Assembly: GCF_035084215.1 (NCBI RefSeq)
Contig: NC_090368.1
Coordinates: 1,054,001-1,118,000 of the forward strand
Direction of reading: 5' to 3'
Source of the DNA: Heptranchias perlo
Taxonomy: Eukaryota
DNA: 64,000 nucleotides
The position numbers and the translations under genes are program-made. The stretch's first letter is position 1; every line of letters starts with the position of its first letter. Below the pieces are notes generated by a model, which was not told the origin of the DNA, made no database searches, and was given only the letters and a program-made list of their open reading frames with translations. This document shows positions 22,331 through 37,300 of this stretch, piece by piece.

Positions 22331-25300
22331 CTCACAGTGACAGGGCCGCACTATCGAGGGGTCAGTCAGTCTCACAGTGACAGGGCCGCACTATCGAGGG
22401 GTCAGTCAGTCACACAGTGACAGGGCCGCACTATCGAGGGGTCAGTCAGTCACACAGTGACAGGGCCGCACTATCGAGGGGTCAGTCAGTCACACAGTGA
22501 CAGGGCCGCACTATCGAGGGGTCAGTCAGTCACACAGTGACAGGGCCGCACGATCGAGGGGTCAGTCAGTCACACAGTGACAGGGCCGCACTATCGAGGG
22601 GTCAGTCAGTCACACAGTGACAGGGCCGCACGATCGAGGGGTCAGTCGGTCACACAGTGACAGGGCCGCACGATCGAAGGGTCAGTCGGTCACACAGTGA
22701 CAGGGCCGCACTATCGAAGGGTCAGTCCGTCACACAGTGACAGGGCCGCACTATCGAGGGGTCAGTCAGTCAGTCACACAGTGACAGGGCCGCACTATCG
22801 AGGGGTCAGTCAGTCTCACAGTGACAGGGCCGCACTATCGAGGGGTCAGTCAGTCAGTCACACAATGACAGGGCCGCACTATCGAGGGGTCAGTCAGTCA
22901 GTCTCACAGTGACAGGGCCGCACTATCGAGGGGTCAGTCAGTCAGTCACACAGTGACAGGGCCGCACTATCGAGGGGTCAGTCAGTCAGTCACACAGTGA
23001 CAGGGCCGCACGATCGAGGGGTCAGTAAGTCTCACAGTGACAGGGCCGCACTATCGAGGGGTCAGTAAGTCTCACAGTGACAGGGCCGCACGATCGAGGG
23101 GTCAGTCAGTCACACAGTGACAGGGCCGCACTATCGAGGGGTCAGTCAGTCAGTCACACAGTGACAGGGCCGCACTATCGAGAGGTCAGTCAGTCAGTCA
23201 CACAGTGACAGGGCCGCACTATCGAGGGGTCAGTCGGTCAGTCACACAGTGACAGGGCCGCACTATCGAGGGGTCAGTCAGTCAGTCACACAGTGACAGG
23301 GCCGCACTATCGAGGGGTCAGTCGGTCTCACAGTGACAGGGCCGCACTATCGAGGGGTCAGTCGGTCAGTCACACAGTGACAGGGCCGCACTATCGAGGG
23401 GTCAGTCAGTCAGTCACACAGTGACAGGGCCGCACTATCGAGGGGTCAGTCAGTCAGTCTCACAGTGACAGGGCCGCACTATGGAGGGGTCAGTCAGTCA
23501 GTCACACAGTGACAGGGCCGCACTATCGAGGGGTCAGTCAGTCAGTCACACAGTGACAGGGCCGCACGATCGAGGGGTCAGTAAGTCTCACAGTGACAGG
23601 GCCGCACTATCGAGGGGTCAGTAAGTCTCACAGTGACAGGGCCGCACTATCGAGGGGTCAGTCAGTCACACAGTGACAGGGCCGCACTATCGAGGGGTCA
23701 GTCAGTCAGTCACACAGTGACAGGGCCGCACTATCGAGAGGTCAGTCAGTCAGTCACACAGTGACAGGGCCACACTAACGAGGGGTCAGTCGGTCAGTCA
23801 CACAGTGACAGGGCCGCACGATCGAGGGGTCAGTCAGTCTCACAGTGACAGGGCCGCACTATCGAGGGGTCAGTCAGTCTCACAGTGACAGGGCCGCACG
23901 ATCGAGGGGTCAGTCGGTCAGTCACACAGTGACAGGGCCGCACTATCGAGGGGTCAGTCAGTCAGACACACAGTGACAGGGCTGCACTATCGAGGGGTCA
24001 GTCGGTCAGTCACACAGTGACAGGGCCGCACGATCGAGGGGTCAGTCAGTCACACAGTGGCAGGGCCGCACTATCGAGGGGTCAGTCAGTCTCACAGTGA
24101 CAGGGCCGCACTATCGAGGGGTCGGTCGGTCGGTCACACAGTGACAGGGCCGCACGATCGAGGGGTCAGTCAGTCTCACAGTGACAGGGCCGCACTATCG
24201 AGGGGTCAGTCAGTCACACAGTGACAGGGCCGCACTATCGAGGGGTCAGTCAGTCACACAGTGACAGGGCCGCACTATCGAGGGGTCAGTCAGTCACACA
24301 GTGACAGGGCTGCACTATCGAGGGGTCAGTCAGTCACACAGTGACAGGGCCGCACTATCGAAGGGTCAGTCACACAGTGACAGGGCCGCACTATCGACGG
24401 GTCAGTCACACAGTGACAGGGCCACACTATCGACGGGTCAGTCGGTCACACAGTGACAGGGCCGCACTATCGAGGGGTCAGTCACACAGTGACAGGGCCG
24501 CACTCTCGACGGGTCAGTCACACAGTGACAGGGCCACACTATCGAGGGGTCAGTCAGTCTCACAGTGACAGGGCCGCACTATCGAGGGGTCAGTCAGTCT
24601 CACAGTGACAGGGCCGCACTATCGAGGGGTCAGTCAGTCACACAGTGACAGGGCCGCACTATCGAGGGGTCAGTCGGTCACACAGTGACAGGGCCGCACT
24701 ATCGAGGGGTCAGTCAGTCACACAGTGACAGGGCCGCACGATCGAGGGGTCAGTCAGTCTCACAGTGACAGGGCCGCACTATCGAGGGGTCAGTCAGTCA
24801 GTCACACAGTGACAGGGCCGCACTATCGAGGGGTGAGTCACACACACAGTGACGGCCGCACTATCGAGGGGTCAGTCAGTCTCACAGTGACAGGGCCGCA
24901 CTATCGAGGGGTCAGTCGGTCAGTCACACAGTGACAGGGCCGCACGATCGAGGGGTCAGTCGGTCACACAGTGGCAGGGCCGCACTATCGAGGGGTCAGT
25001 CAGTCTCACAGTGACAGGGCCGCACTATCGAGGGGTCAGTCAGTCTCACAGTGACAGGGCCGCACTATCGAGGGGTCAGTCAGTCTCACAGTGACAGGGC
25101 CGCACTATCGAGGGGTCAGTCGGTCAGTCACACAGTGACAGGGCCGCACGATCGAGGGGTCAGTCAGTCACACAGTGACAGGGCCGCACGATCGAGGGGT
25201 CAGTCGGTCTCACAGTGACAGGGCCGCACGATCGAGGGGTCAGTCAGTCACACAGTGACAGGGCCGCACTATCGACGGGTCAGTCAGTCACACAGTGACA

Positions 25301-28300
25301 GGGCTACACTATCGAAGGGTCAGTCGGTCAGTCACACAGTGACAGGGCCGCACTATCGAGGGGTCAGTCAGTCACACAGTGACAGGGCCGCACGATCGAG
25401 GGGTCAGTCAGTCACACAGTGACAGGGCCGCACGATCGAGGGGTCAGTCAGTCACACAGTGACAGGGCCGCACTATCGAGGGGTCAGTCAGTCACACAGT
25501 GACAGGGCTACACTATCGAAGGGTCAGTCGGTCACACAGTGACAGGGCCGCACGATCGAGGGGTCAGTCAGTCACACAATGACAGGGCCGCACTATCGAG
25601 GGGTCAGTCAGTCACACAGTGACAGGGCCGCACTATCGAGGGGTCAGTCGGTCACACAGTGACAGGGCCGCACGATCGAGGGGTCAGTCAGTCTCACAGT
25701 GACAGGGCCGCACGATCGAGGGGTCAGTCAGTCACACAATGACAGGGCCGCACGATCGAGGGGTCAGTCAGTCACACAGTGACAGGGCCGCACTATCGAG
25801 GGGTCAGTCGGTCACACAGTGACAGGGCCGCACGATCGAGGGGTCAGTCAGTCACACAATGACAGGGCCGCACGATCGAGGGGTCAGTCAGTCACACAGT
25901 GACAGGGCCGCACTATCGAGGGGTCAGTCAGTTAGTCACACAGTGACAGGGCTGCACTATTGAGGGGTCAGTCAGTCAGTCACACAGTGACAGGGCCGCA
26001 CGATCGAGGGGTCAGTCAGTCTCACAGTGACAGGGCCGCACTATCGAGGGGTCAGTCAGTCAGTCACACAGTGACAGGGCCGCACTATCGAGGGGTCAGT
26101 CAGTCAGTCACACAGTGACAGGGCCGCACGATCGAGGGGTCAGTCAGTCACACAGTGACAAGGCCGCACGATCGAGGGGTCAGTCAGTCTCACAGTGACA
26201 GGGCCGCACTATCGAGGGGTCAGTCACACACACAGTGACGGCCGCACTATCGAGGGGTCAGTCAGTCTCACAGTGACAGGGCCGCACTATCGAGGGGTCA
26301 GTCAGTCACACAGTGACAGGGCCGCACTATTGAGGGGTCAGTCACTTACACAGTGACAGTGCCGCACGATCGAAGGGTCAGTCAGTCAGTCACACAGTGA
26401 CAGGGCCGCACTATCGAGTGGTCAGTCACTTACACAGTGACAGGGCCGCACTATCGAGGGGTCAGTCAGTCTCACAGTGACAGGGCCGCACTATCGAGGG
26501 GTCAGTCAGTCTCACAGTGACAGGGCTGCACTATCGAGGGGTCAGTCAGTCACACAGTGACAGGGCAGCACTATCGAGGGGTCAGTCACACACACAGTGA
26601 CAGGGCCGCACTATCGAGGGGTCAGTCAGTCACACAGTGACAGGGCCGCACGATCGAGGGGTCAGTCAGTCTCACAGTGACAGGGCCGCACGATCGAGGG
26701 GTCAGTCAGTCTCACAGTGACAGGGCCGCACTATCGAGGGGTCAGTCAGTCACACAGTGACAGGGCCGCACTATCGAGGGGTCAGTCGGTCAGTCACACA
26801 GTGACAGGGCCGCACTATCGAGGGGTCAGTCGGTCAGTCACACAGTGACAGGGCCGCACTATCGAGGGGTCAGTCAGTCTCACAGTGACAGGGCCGCACT
26901 ATCGAGGGGTCAGTCAGTCACACAGTGACAGGGCCGCACTATCGAGGGGTCAGTCAGTCACACAGTGACAGGGCCGCACTATCGAGGGGTCAGTCAGTCA
27001 CACAGTGACAGGGCCGCACGATCGAGGGGTCAGTCAGTCTCACAGTGACAGGGCCGCACTATCGAGGGGTCAGTCAGTCAGTCACACAGTGACAGGGCCG
27101 CACTATCGAGGGGTGAGTCACACACACAGTGACGGCCGCACTATCGAGGGGTCAGTCAGTCTCACAGTGACAGGGCCGCACTATCGAGGGGTCAGTCGGT
27201 CAGTCACACAGTGACAGGGCCGCACGATCGAGGGGTCAGTCGGTCACACAGTGGCAGGGCCGCACTATCGAGGGGTCAGTCAGTCTCACAGTGACAGGGC
27301 CGCACTATCGAGGGGTCAGTCAGTCTCACAGTGACAGGGCCGCACTATCGAGGGGTCAGTCAGTCTCACAGTGACAGGGCCGCACTATCGAGGGGTCAGT
27401 CGGTCAGTCACACAGTGACAGGGCCGCACGATCGAGGGGTCAGTCAGTCACACAGTGACAGGGCCGCACGATCGAGGGGTCAGTCAGTCACACAGTGACA
27501 GGGCCGCACTATCGACGGGTCAGTCAGTCACACAGTGACAGGGCTACACTATCGAAGGGTCAGTCGGTCAGTCACACAGTGACAGGGCCGCACTATCGAG
27601 GGGTCAGTCAGTCACACAGTGACAGGGCCGCACGATCGAGGGGTCAGTCAGTCACACAGTGACAGGGCCGCACTATCGAGGGGTCAGTCAGTCACACAGT
27701 GACAGGGCCGCACTATCGAGGGGTCAGTCAGTCACACAGTGACAGGGCTACACTATCGAAGGGTCAGTCGGTCACACAGTGACAGGGCCGCACGATCGAG
27801 GGGTCAGTCAGTCACACAATGACAGGGCCGCACTATCGAGGGGTCAGTCAGTCACACAGTGACAGGGCCGCACTATCGAGGGGTCAGTCGGTCACACAAT
27901 GACAGGGCCGCACGATCGAGGGGTCAGTCAGTCACACAGTGACAGGGCCGCACTATCGAGGGGTCAGTCAGTTCGTCACACAGTGACAGGGCTGCACTAT
28001 TGAGGGGTCAGTCAGTCAGTCACACAGTGACAGGGCCGCACGATCGAGGGGTCAGTCAGTCTCACAGTGACAGGGCCGCACTATCGAGGGGTCAGTCAGT
28101 CAGTCACACAGTGACAGGGCCGCACTATCGAGGGGTCAGTCAGTCAGTCACACAGTGACAGGGCCGCACGATCGAGGGGTCAGTCAGTCACACAGTGACA
28201 AGGCCGCACGATCGAGGGGTCAGTCAGTCTCACAGTGACAGGGCCGCACTATCGAGGGGTCAGTCACACACACAGTGACGGCCGCACTATCGAGGGGTCA

Positions 28301-31300
28301 GTCAGTCTCACAGTGACAGGGCCGCACTATCGAGGGGTCAGTCAGTCACACAGTGACAGGGCCGCACTATTGAGGGGTCAGTCACTTACACAGTGACAGG
28401 GCCGCACGATCGAAGGGTCAGTCAGTCAGTCACACAGTGACAGGGCCGCACTATCGAGTGGTCAGTCACTTACACAGTGACAGGGCCGCACTATCGAGGG
28501 GTCAGTCAGTCTCACAGTGACAGGGCCGCACTATCGAGGGGTCAGTCAGTCTCACAGTGACAGGGCTGCACTATCGAGGGGTCAGTCAGTCACACAGTGA
28601 CAGGGCAGCACTATCGAGGGGTCAGTCACACACACAGTGACAGGGCCGCACTATCGAGGGGTCAGTCAGTCACACAGTGACAGGGCCGCACTATCGAGGG
28701 GTCAGTCAGTCTCACAGTGACAGGGCCGCACTATCGAGGGGTCAGTCAGTCTCACAGTGACAGGGCCGCACGATCGAGGGGTCAGTCAGTCTCACAGTGA
28801 CAGGGCCGCACTATCGAGGGGTCAGTCAGTCACACAGTGACAGGGCCGCACTATCGAGGGGTCAGTCGGTCAGTCACACAGTGACAGGGCCGCACTATCG
28901 AGGGGTCAGTCGGTCAGTCACACAGTGACAGGGCCGCACTATCGAGGGGTCAGTCAGTCACACAATGACAGGGCTACACTATCGAAGGGTCAGTCGGTCA
29001 CACAGTGACAGGGCCGCACGATCGAGGGGTCAGTCAGTCACACAATGACAGGGCCGCACTATCGAGGGGTCAGTCAGTCACACAGTGACAGGGCCGCACT
29101 ATCGAGGGGTCAGTCGGTCACACAGTGACAGGGCCGCACTATCGAGGGGTCAGTCAGTTAGTCACACAGTGACAGGGCTGCACTATTGAGGGGTCAGTCA
29201 GTCAGTCACACAGTGACAGGGCCGCACGATCGAGGGGTCAGTCAGTCTCACAGTGACAGGGCCGCACTATCGAGGGGTCAGTCAGTCAGTCACACAGTGA
29301 CAGGGCCGCACTATCGAGGGGTCAGTCAGTCAGTCACACAGTGACAGGGCCGCACGATCGAGGGGTCAGTCAGTCACACAGTGACAAGGCCGCACGATCG
29401 AGGGGTCAGTCAGTCTCACAGTGACAGGGCCGCACTATCGAGGGGTCAGTCACTTACACAGTGACAGGGCCGCACGATCGAAGGGTCAGTCAGTCAGTCA
29501 CACAGTGACAGGGCCGCACTATCGAGTGGTCAGTCACTTACACAGTGACAGGGCCGCACTATCGAGGGGTCAGTCAGTCTCACAGTGACAGGGCCGCACT
29601 ATCGAGGGGTCAGTCAGTCTCACAGTGACAGGGCCGCACTATCGAGGGGTCAGTCAGTCACACAGTGACAGGGCAGCACTATCGAGGGGTCAGTCACACA
29701 CACAGTGACAGGGCCGCACTATCGAGGGGTCAGTCAGTCACACAGTGACAGGGCCGCACTATCGAGGGGTCAGTCAGTCTCACAGTGACAGGGCCGCACT
29801 ATCGAGGGGTCAGTCAGTCACACAGTGACAGGGCCGCACGATCGAGGGGTCAGTCAGTCTCACAGTGACAGGGCCGCACGATCGAGGGGTCAGTCAGTCT
29901 CACAGTGACAGGGCCGCACTATCGAGGGGTCAGTCAGTCACACAGTGACAGGGCCGCACTATCGAGGGGTCAGTTGGTCAGTCACACAGTGACAGGGCCG
30001 CACTATCGAGGGGTCAGTCGGTCAGTCACACAGTGACAGGGCCGCACTATCGAGGGGTCAGTCAGTCAGTCACACAGTGACAGGGCCGCACTATCGAGGG
30101 GTCAGTCAGTCAGTCTCACAGTGACAGGGCCGCACTATGGAGGGGTCAGTCAGTCAGTCACACAGTGACAGGGCCGCACTATCGAGGGGTCAGTCAGTCA
30201 GTCACACAGTGACAGGGCCGCACGATCGAGGGGTCAGTAAGTCTCACAGTGACAGGGCCGCACTATCGAGGGGTCAGTAAGTCTCACAGTGACAGGGCCG
30301 CACTATCGAGGGGTCAGTCAGTCACACAGTGACAGGGCCGCACTATCGAGGGGTCAGTCAGTCAGTCACACAGTGACAGGGCCGCACTATCGAGAGGTCA
30401 GTCAGTCAGTCACACAGTGACAGGGCCACACTAACGAGGGGTCAGTCGGTCAGTCACACAGTGACAGGGCCGCACGATCGAGGGGTCAGTCAGTCTCACA
30501 GTGACAGGGCCGCACTATCGAGGGGTCAGTCAGTCTCACAGTGACAGGGCCGCACGATCGAGGGGTCAGTCGGTCAGTCACACAGTGACAGGGCCGCACT
30601 ATCGAGGGGTCAGTCAGTCAGACACACAGTGACAGGGCTGCACTATCGAGGGGTCAGTCGGTCAGTCACACAGTGACAGGGCCGCACGATCGAGGGGTCA
30701 GTCAGTCACACAGTGGCAGGGCCGCACTATCGAGGGGTCAGTCAGTCTCACAGTGACAGGGCCGCACTATCGAGGGGTCGGTCGGTCGGTCACACAGTGA
30801 CAGGGCCGCACGATCGAGGGGTCAGTCAGTCTCACAGTGACAGGGCCGCACTATCGAGGGGTCAGTCAGTCACACAGTGACAGGGCCGCACTATCGAGGG
30901 GTCAGTCAGTCACACAGTGACAGGGCCGCACTATCGAGGGGTCAGTCAGTCACACAGTGACAGGGCTGCACAATCGAGGGGTCAGTCAGTCACACAGTGA
31001 CAGGGCCGCACTATCGAAGGGTCAGTCACACAGTGACAGGGCCGCACTATCGACGGGTCAGTCACACAGTGACAGGGCCACACTATCGACGGGTCAGTCG
31101 GTCACACAGTGACAGGGCCGCACTATCGAGGGGTCAGTCACACAGTGACAGGGCCGCACTCTCGACGGGTCAGTCACACAGTGACAGGGCCACACTATCG
31201 AGGGGTCAGTCAGTCTCACAGTGACAGGGCCGCACTATCGAGGGGTCAGTCAGTCTCACAGTGACAGGGCCGCACTATCGAGGGGTCAGTCGGTCACACA

Positions 31301-34300
31301 GTGACAGGGCCGCACGATCGAGGGGTCAGTCAGTCTCACAGTGACAGGGCCGCACTATCGAGGGGTCAGTCAGTCAGTCACACAGTGACAGGGCCGCACT
31401 ATCGAGGGGTGAGTCACACACACAGTGACGGCCGCACTATCGAGGGGTCAGTCAGTCTCACAGTGACAGGGCCGCACTATCGAGGGGTCAGTCGGTCAGT
31501 CACACAGTGACAGGGCCGCACGATCGAGGGGTCAGTCGGTCACACAGTGGCAGGGCCGCACTATCGAGGGGTCAGTCAGTCTCACAGTGACAGGGCCGCA
31601 CTATCGAGGGGTCAGTCAGTCTCACAGTGACAGGGCCGCACTATCGAGGGGTCAGTCAGTCTCACAGTGACAGGGCCGCACTATCGAGGGGTCAGTCGGT
31701 CAGTCACACAGTGACAGGGCCTCACGATCGAGGGGTCAGTCAGTCACACAGTGACAGGGCCGCACGATCGAGGGGTCAGTCGGTCTCACAGTGACAGGGC
31801 CGCACGATCGAGGGGTCAGTCAGTCACACAGTGACAGGGCCGCACTATCGACGGGTCAGTCAGTCACACAGTGACAGGGCTACACTATCGAAGGGTCAGT
31901 CGGTCAGTCACACAGTGACAGGGCCGCACTATCGAGGGGTCAGTCAGTCACACAGTGACAGGGCCGCACGATCGAGGGGTCAGTCAGTCACACAGTGACA
32001 GGGCCGCACTATCGAGGGGTCAGTCAGTCACACAGTGACAGGGCCGCACTATCGAGGGGTCAGTCAGTCACACAGTGACAGGGCTACACTATCGAAGGGT
32101 CAGTCGGTCACACAGTGACAGGGCCGCACGATCGAGGGGTCAGTCAGTCACACAATGACAGGGCCGCACTATCGAGGGGTCAGTCAGTCACACAGTGACA
32201 GGGCCGCACTATCGAGGGGTCAGTCGGTCACACAGTGACAGGGCCGCACGATCGAGGGGTCAGTCAGTCTCACAGTGACAGGGCCGCACGATCGAGGGGT
32301 CAGTCAGTCACACAATGACAGGGCCGCACGATCGAGGGGTCAGTCAGTCACACAGTGACAGGGCCGCACTATCGAGGGGTCAGTCGGTCACACAGTGACA
32401 GGGCCGCACGATCGAGGGGTCAGTCAGTCACACAATGACAGGGCCGCACGATCGAGGGGTCAGTCAGTCACACAGTGACAGGGCCGCACTATCGAGGGGT
32501 CAGTCAGTTAGTCACACAGTGACAGGGCTGCACTATTGAGGGGTCAGTCAGTCAGTCACACAGTGACAGGGCCGCACGATCGAGGGGTCAGTCAGTCTCA
32601 CAGTGACAGGGCCGCACTATCGAGGGGTCAGTCAGTCAGTCACACAGTGACAGGGCCGCACTATCGAGGGGTCAGTCAGTCAGTCACACAGTGACAGGGC
32701 CGCACGATCGAGGGGTCAGTCAGTCACACAGTGACAAGGCCGCACGATCGAGGGGTCAGTCAGTCTCACAGTGACAGGGCCGCACTATCGAGGGGTCAGT
32801 CACACACACAGTGACGGCCGCACTATCGAGGGGTCAGTCAGTCTCACAGTGACAGGGCCGCACTATCGAGGGGTCAGTCAGTCACACAGTGACAGGGCCG
32901 CACTATTGAGGGGTCAGTCACTTACACAGTGACAGTGCCGCACGATCGAAGGGTCAGTCAGTCAGTCACACAGTGACAGGGCCGCACTATCGAGTGGTCA
33001 GTCACTTACACAGTGACAGGGCCGCACTATCGAGGGGTCAGTCAGTCTCACAGTGACAGGGCCGCACTATCGAGGGGTCAGTCAGTCTCACAGTGACAGG
33101 GCTGCACTATCGAGGGGTCAGTCAGTCACACAGTGACAGGGCAGCACTATCGAGGGGTCAGTCACACACACAGTGACAGGGCCGCACTATCGAGGGGTCA
33201 GTCAGTCACACAGTGACAGGGCCGCACGATCGAGGGGTCAGTCAGTCTCACAGTGACAGGGCCGCACGATCGAGGGGTCAGTCAGTCTCACAGTGACAGG
33301 GCCGCACTATCGAGGGGTCAGTCGGTCAGTCACACAGTGACAGGGCCGCACTATCGAGGGGTCAGTCGGTCAGTCACACAGTGACAGGGCCGCACTATCG
33401 AGGGGTCAGTCAGTCTCACAGTGACAGGGCCGCACTATCGAGGGGTCAGTCAGTCACACAGTGACAGGGCCGCACTATCGAGGGGTCAGTCAGTCACACA
33501 GTGACAGGGCCGCACTATCGAGGGGTCAGTCAGTCACACAGTGACAGGGCCGCACGATCGAGGGGTCAGTCAGTCTCACAGTGACAGGGCCGCACTATCG
33601 AGGGGTCAGTCAGTCAGTCACACAGTGACAGGGCCGCACTATCGAGGGGTCAGTCGGTCAGTCACACAGTGACAGGGCCGCACGATCGAGGGGTCAGTCG
33701 GTCACACAGTGGCAGGGCCGCACTATCGAGGGGTCAGTCAGTCTCACAGTGACAGGGCCGCACTATCGAGGGGTCAGTCAGTCTCACAGTGACAGGGCCG
33801 CACTATCGAGGGGTCAGTCAGTCTCACAGTGACAGGGCCGCACTATCGAGGGGTCAGTCGGTCAGTCACACAGTGACAGGGCCGCACGATCGAGGGGTCA
33901 GTCAGTCACACAGTGACAGGGCCGCACGATCGAGGGGTCAGTCAGTCACACAGTGACAGGGCCGCACTATCGACGGGTCAGTCAGTCACACAGTGACAGG
34001 GCTACACTATCGAAGGGTCAGTCGGTCAGTCACACAGTGACAGGGCCGCACTATCGAGGGGTCAGTCAGTCACACAGTGACAGGGCCGCACGATCGAGGG
34101 GTCAGTCAGTCACACAGTGACAGGGCCGCACTATCGAGGGGTCAGTCAGTCACACAGTGACAGGGCCGCACTATCGAGGGGTCAGTCAGTCACACAGTGA
34201 CAGGGCTACACTATCGAAGGGTCAGTCGGTCACACAGTGACAGGGCCGCACGATCGAGGGGTCAGTCAGTCACACAATGACAGGGCCGCACTATCGAGGG

Positions 34301-37300
34301 GTCAGTCAGTCACACAGTGACAGGGCCGCACTATCGAGGGGTCAGTCAGTCTCACAGTGACAGGGCCGCACTATCGAGGGGTCAGTCAGTCGGTCACACA
34401 ATGACAGGGCCGCACGATCGAGGGGTCAGTCAGTCACACAGTGACAGGGCCGCACTATCGAGGGGTCAGTCAGTTAGTCACACAGTGACAGGGCTGCACT
34501 ATTGAGGGGTCAGTCAGTCAGTCACACAGTGACAGGGCCGCACGATCGAGGGGTCAGTCAGTCTCACAGTGACAGGGCCGCACTATCGAGGGGTCAGTCA
34601 GTCAGTCACACAGTGACAGGGCCGCACGATCGAGGGGTCAGTCAGTCACACAGTGACAAGGCCGCACGATCGAGGGGTCAGTCGGTCTCACAGTGACAGG
34701 GCCGCACTATCGAGGGGTCAGTCACACACACAGTGACGGCCGCACTATCGAGGGGTCAGTCAGTCTCACAGTGACAGGGCCGCACTATCGAGGGGTCAGT
34801 CAGTCACACAGTGACAGGGCCGCACTATTGAGGGGTCAGTCACTTACACAGTGACAGGGCCGCACGATCGAAGGGTCAGTCAGTCAGTCACACAGTGACA
34901 GGGCCGCACTATCGAGTGGTCAGTCACTTACACAGTGACAGGGCCGCACTATCGAGGGGTCAGTCAGTCTCACAGTGACAGGGCCGCACTATCGAGGGGT
35001 CAGTCAGTCTCACAGTGACAGGGCTGCACTATCGAGGGGTCAGTCAGTCACACAGTGACAGGGCAGCACTATCGAGGGGTCAGTCACACACACAGTGACA
35101 GGGCCGCACTATCGAGGGGTCAGTCAGTCACACAGTGACAGGGCCGCACTATCGAGGGGTCAGTCAGTCTCACAGTGACAGGGCCGCACTATCGAGGGGT
35201 CAGTCAGTCACACAGTGACAGGGCCGCACGATCGAGGGGTCAGTCAGTCTCACAGTGACAGGGCCGCACGATCGAGGGGTCAGTCAGTCTCACAGTGACA
35301 GGGCCGCACTATCGAGGGGTCAGTCAGTCACACAGTGACAGGGCCGCACTATCGAGGGGTCAGTCGGTCAGTCACACAGTGACAGGGCCGCACTATCGAG
35401 GGGTCAGTCGGTCAGTCACACAGTGACAGGGCCGCACTATCGAGGGGTCAGTCAGTCACACAATGACAGGGCTACACTATCGAAGGGTCAGTCGGTCACA
35501 CAGTGACAGGGCCGCACGATCGAGGGGTCAGTCAGTCACACAATGACAGGGCCGCACTATCGAGGGGTCAGTCAGTCACACAGTGACAGGGCCGCACTAT
35601 CGAGGGGTCAGTCGGTCACACAGTGACAGGGCCGCACTATCGAGGGGTCAGTCAGTTAGTCACACAGTGACAGGGCTGCACTATTGAGGGGTCAGTCAGT
35701 CAGTCACACAGTGACAGGGCCGCACGATCGAGGGGTCAGTCAGTCTCACAGTGACAGGGCCGCACTATCGAGGGGTCAGTCAGTCAGTCACACAGTGACA
35801 GGGCCGCACTATCGAGGGGTCAGTCAGTCAGTCACACAGTGACAGGGCCGCACGATCGAGGGGTCAGTCAGTCACACAGTGACAAGGCCGCACGATCGAG
35901 GGGTCAGTCAGTCTCACAGTGACAGGGCCGCACTATCGAGGGGTCAGTCACTTACACAGTGACAGGGCCGCACGATCGAAGGGTCAGTCAGTCAGTCACA
36001 CAGTGACAGGGCCGCACTATCGAGTGGTCAGTCACTTACACAGTGACAGGGCCGCACTATCGAGGGGTCAGTCAGTCTCACAGTGACAGGGCCGCACTAT
36101 CGAGGGGTCAGTCAGTCTCACAGTGACAGGGCCGCACTATCGAGGGGTCAGTCAGTCACACAGTGACAGGGCAGCACTATCGAGGGGTCAGTCACACACA
36201 CAGTGACAGGGCCGCACTATCGAGGGGTCAGTCAGTCACACAGTGACAGGGCCGCACTATCGAGGGGTCAGTCAGTCTCACAGTGACAGGGCCGCACTAT
36301 CGAGGGGTCAGTCAGTCACACAGTGACAGGGCCGCACGATCGAGGGGTCAGTCAGTCTCACAGTGACAGGGCCGCACGATCGAGGGGTCAGTCAGTCTCA
36401 CAGTGACAGGGCCGCACTATCGAGGGGTCAGTCAGTCACACAGTGACAGGGCCGCACTATCGAGGGGTCAGTTGGTCAGTCACACAGTGACAGGGCCGCA
36501 CTATCGAGGGGTCAGTCGGTCAGTCACACAGTGACAGGGCCGCACTATCGAGGGGTCAGTCAGTCAGTCACACAGTGACAGGGCCGCACTATCGAGGGGT
36601 CAGTCAGTCTCACAGTGACAGGGCCGCACTATCGAGGGGTCAGTCAGTCACACAGTGACAGGGCCGCACTATCGAGGGGTCAGTCGGTCAGTCACACAGT
36701 GACAGGGCCGCACTATCGAGGGGTCAGTCAGTCACACAGTGACAGGGCCGCACTATCGAGGGGTCAGTCAGTCTCACAGTGACAGGGCCGCATTATCGAG
36801 AGGTCAGTCAGTTAGTCACACAGTGACAGGGCCGCACGATCGAGGGGTCAGTCAGTCTCACAGTGACAGGGCCGCACTATCGAGGGGTCAGTCGGTCAGT
36901 CACACGGTGACGGCCGCACTATCGAGGGGTCAGTCAGTCTCACAGTGACAGGGCCGCACTATCGAGGGGTCAGTCAGTCTCACAGTGACAGGGCCGCACT
37001 ATCGAGGGGTCAGTCGGTCAGTCACACAGTGACAGGGCCGCACGATCGAGGGGTCAGTCGGTCACACAGTGGCAGGGCCGCACTATCGAGGGGTCAGTCA
37101 GTCTCACAGTGACAGGGCCGCACTATCGAGGGGTCAGTCAGTCTCACAGTGACAGGGCCGCACTATCGAGGGGTCAGTCGGTCGGTCACACAGTGACAGG
37201 GCCGCACGATCGAGGGGTCAGTCAGTCACACAGTGACAGGGCCGCACGATCGAGGGGTCAGTCGGTCACACAGTGACAGGGCCGCACTATCGAGGGGTCA

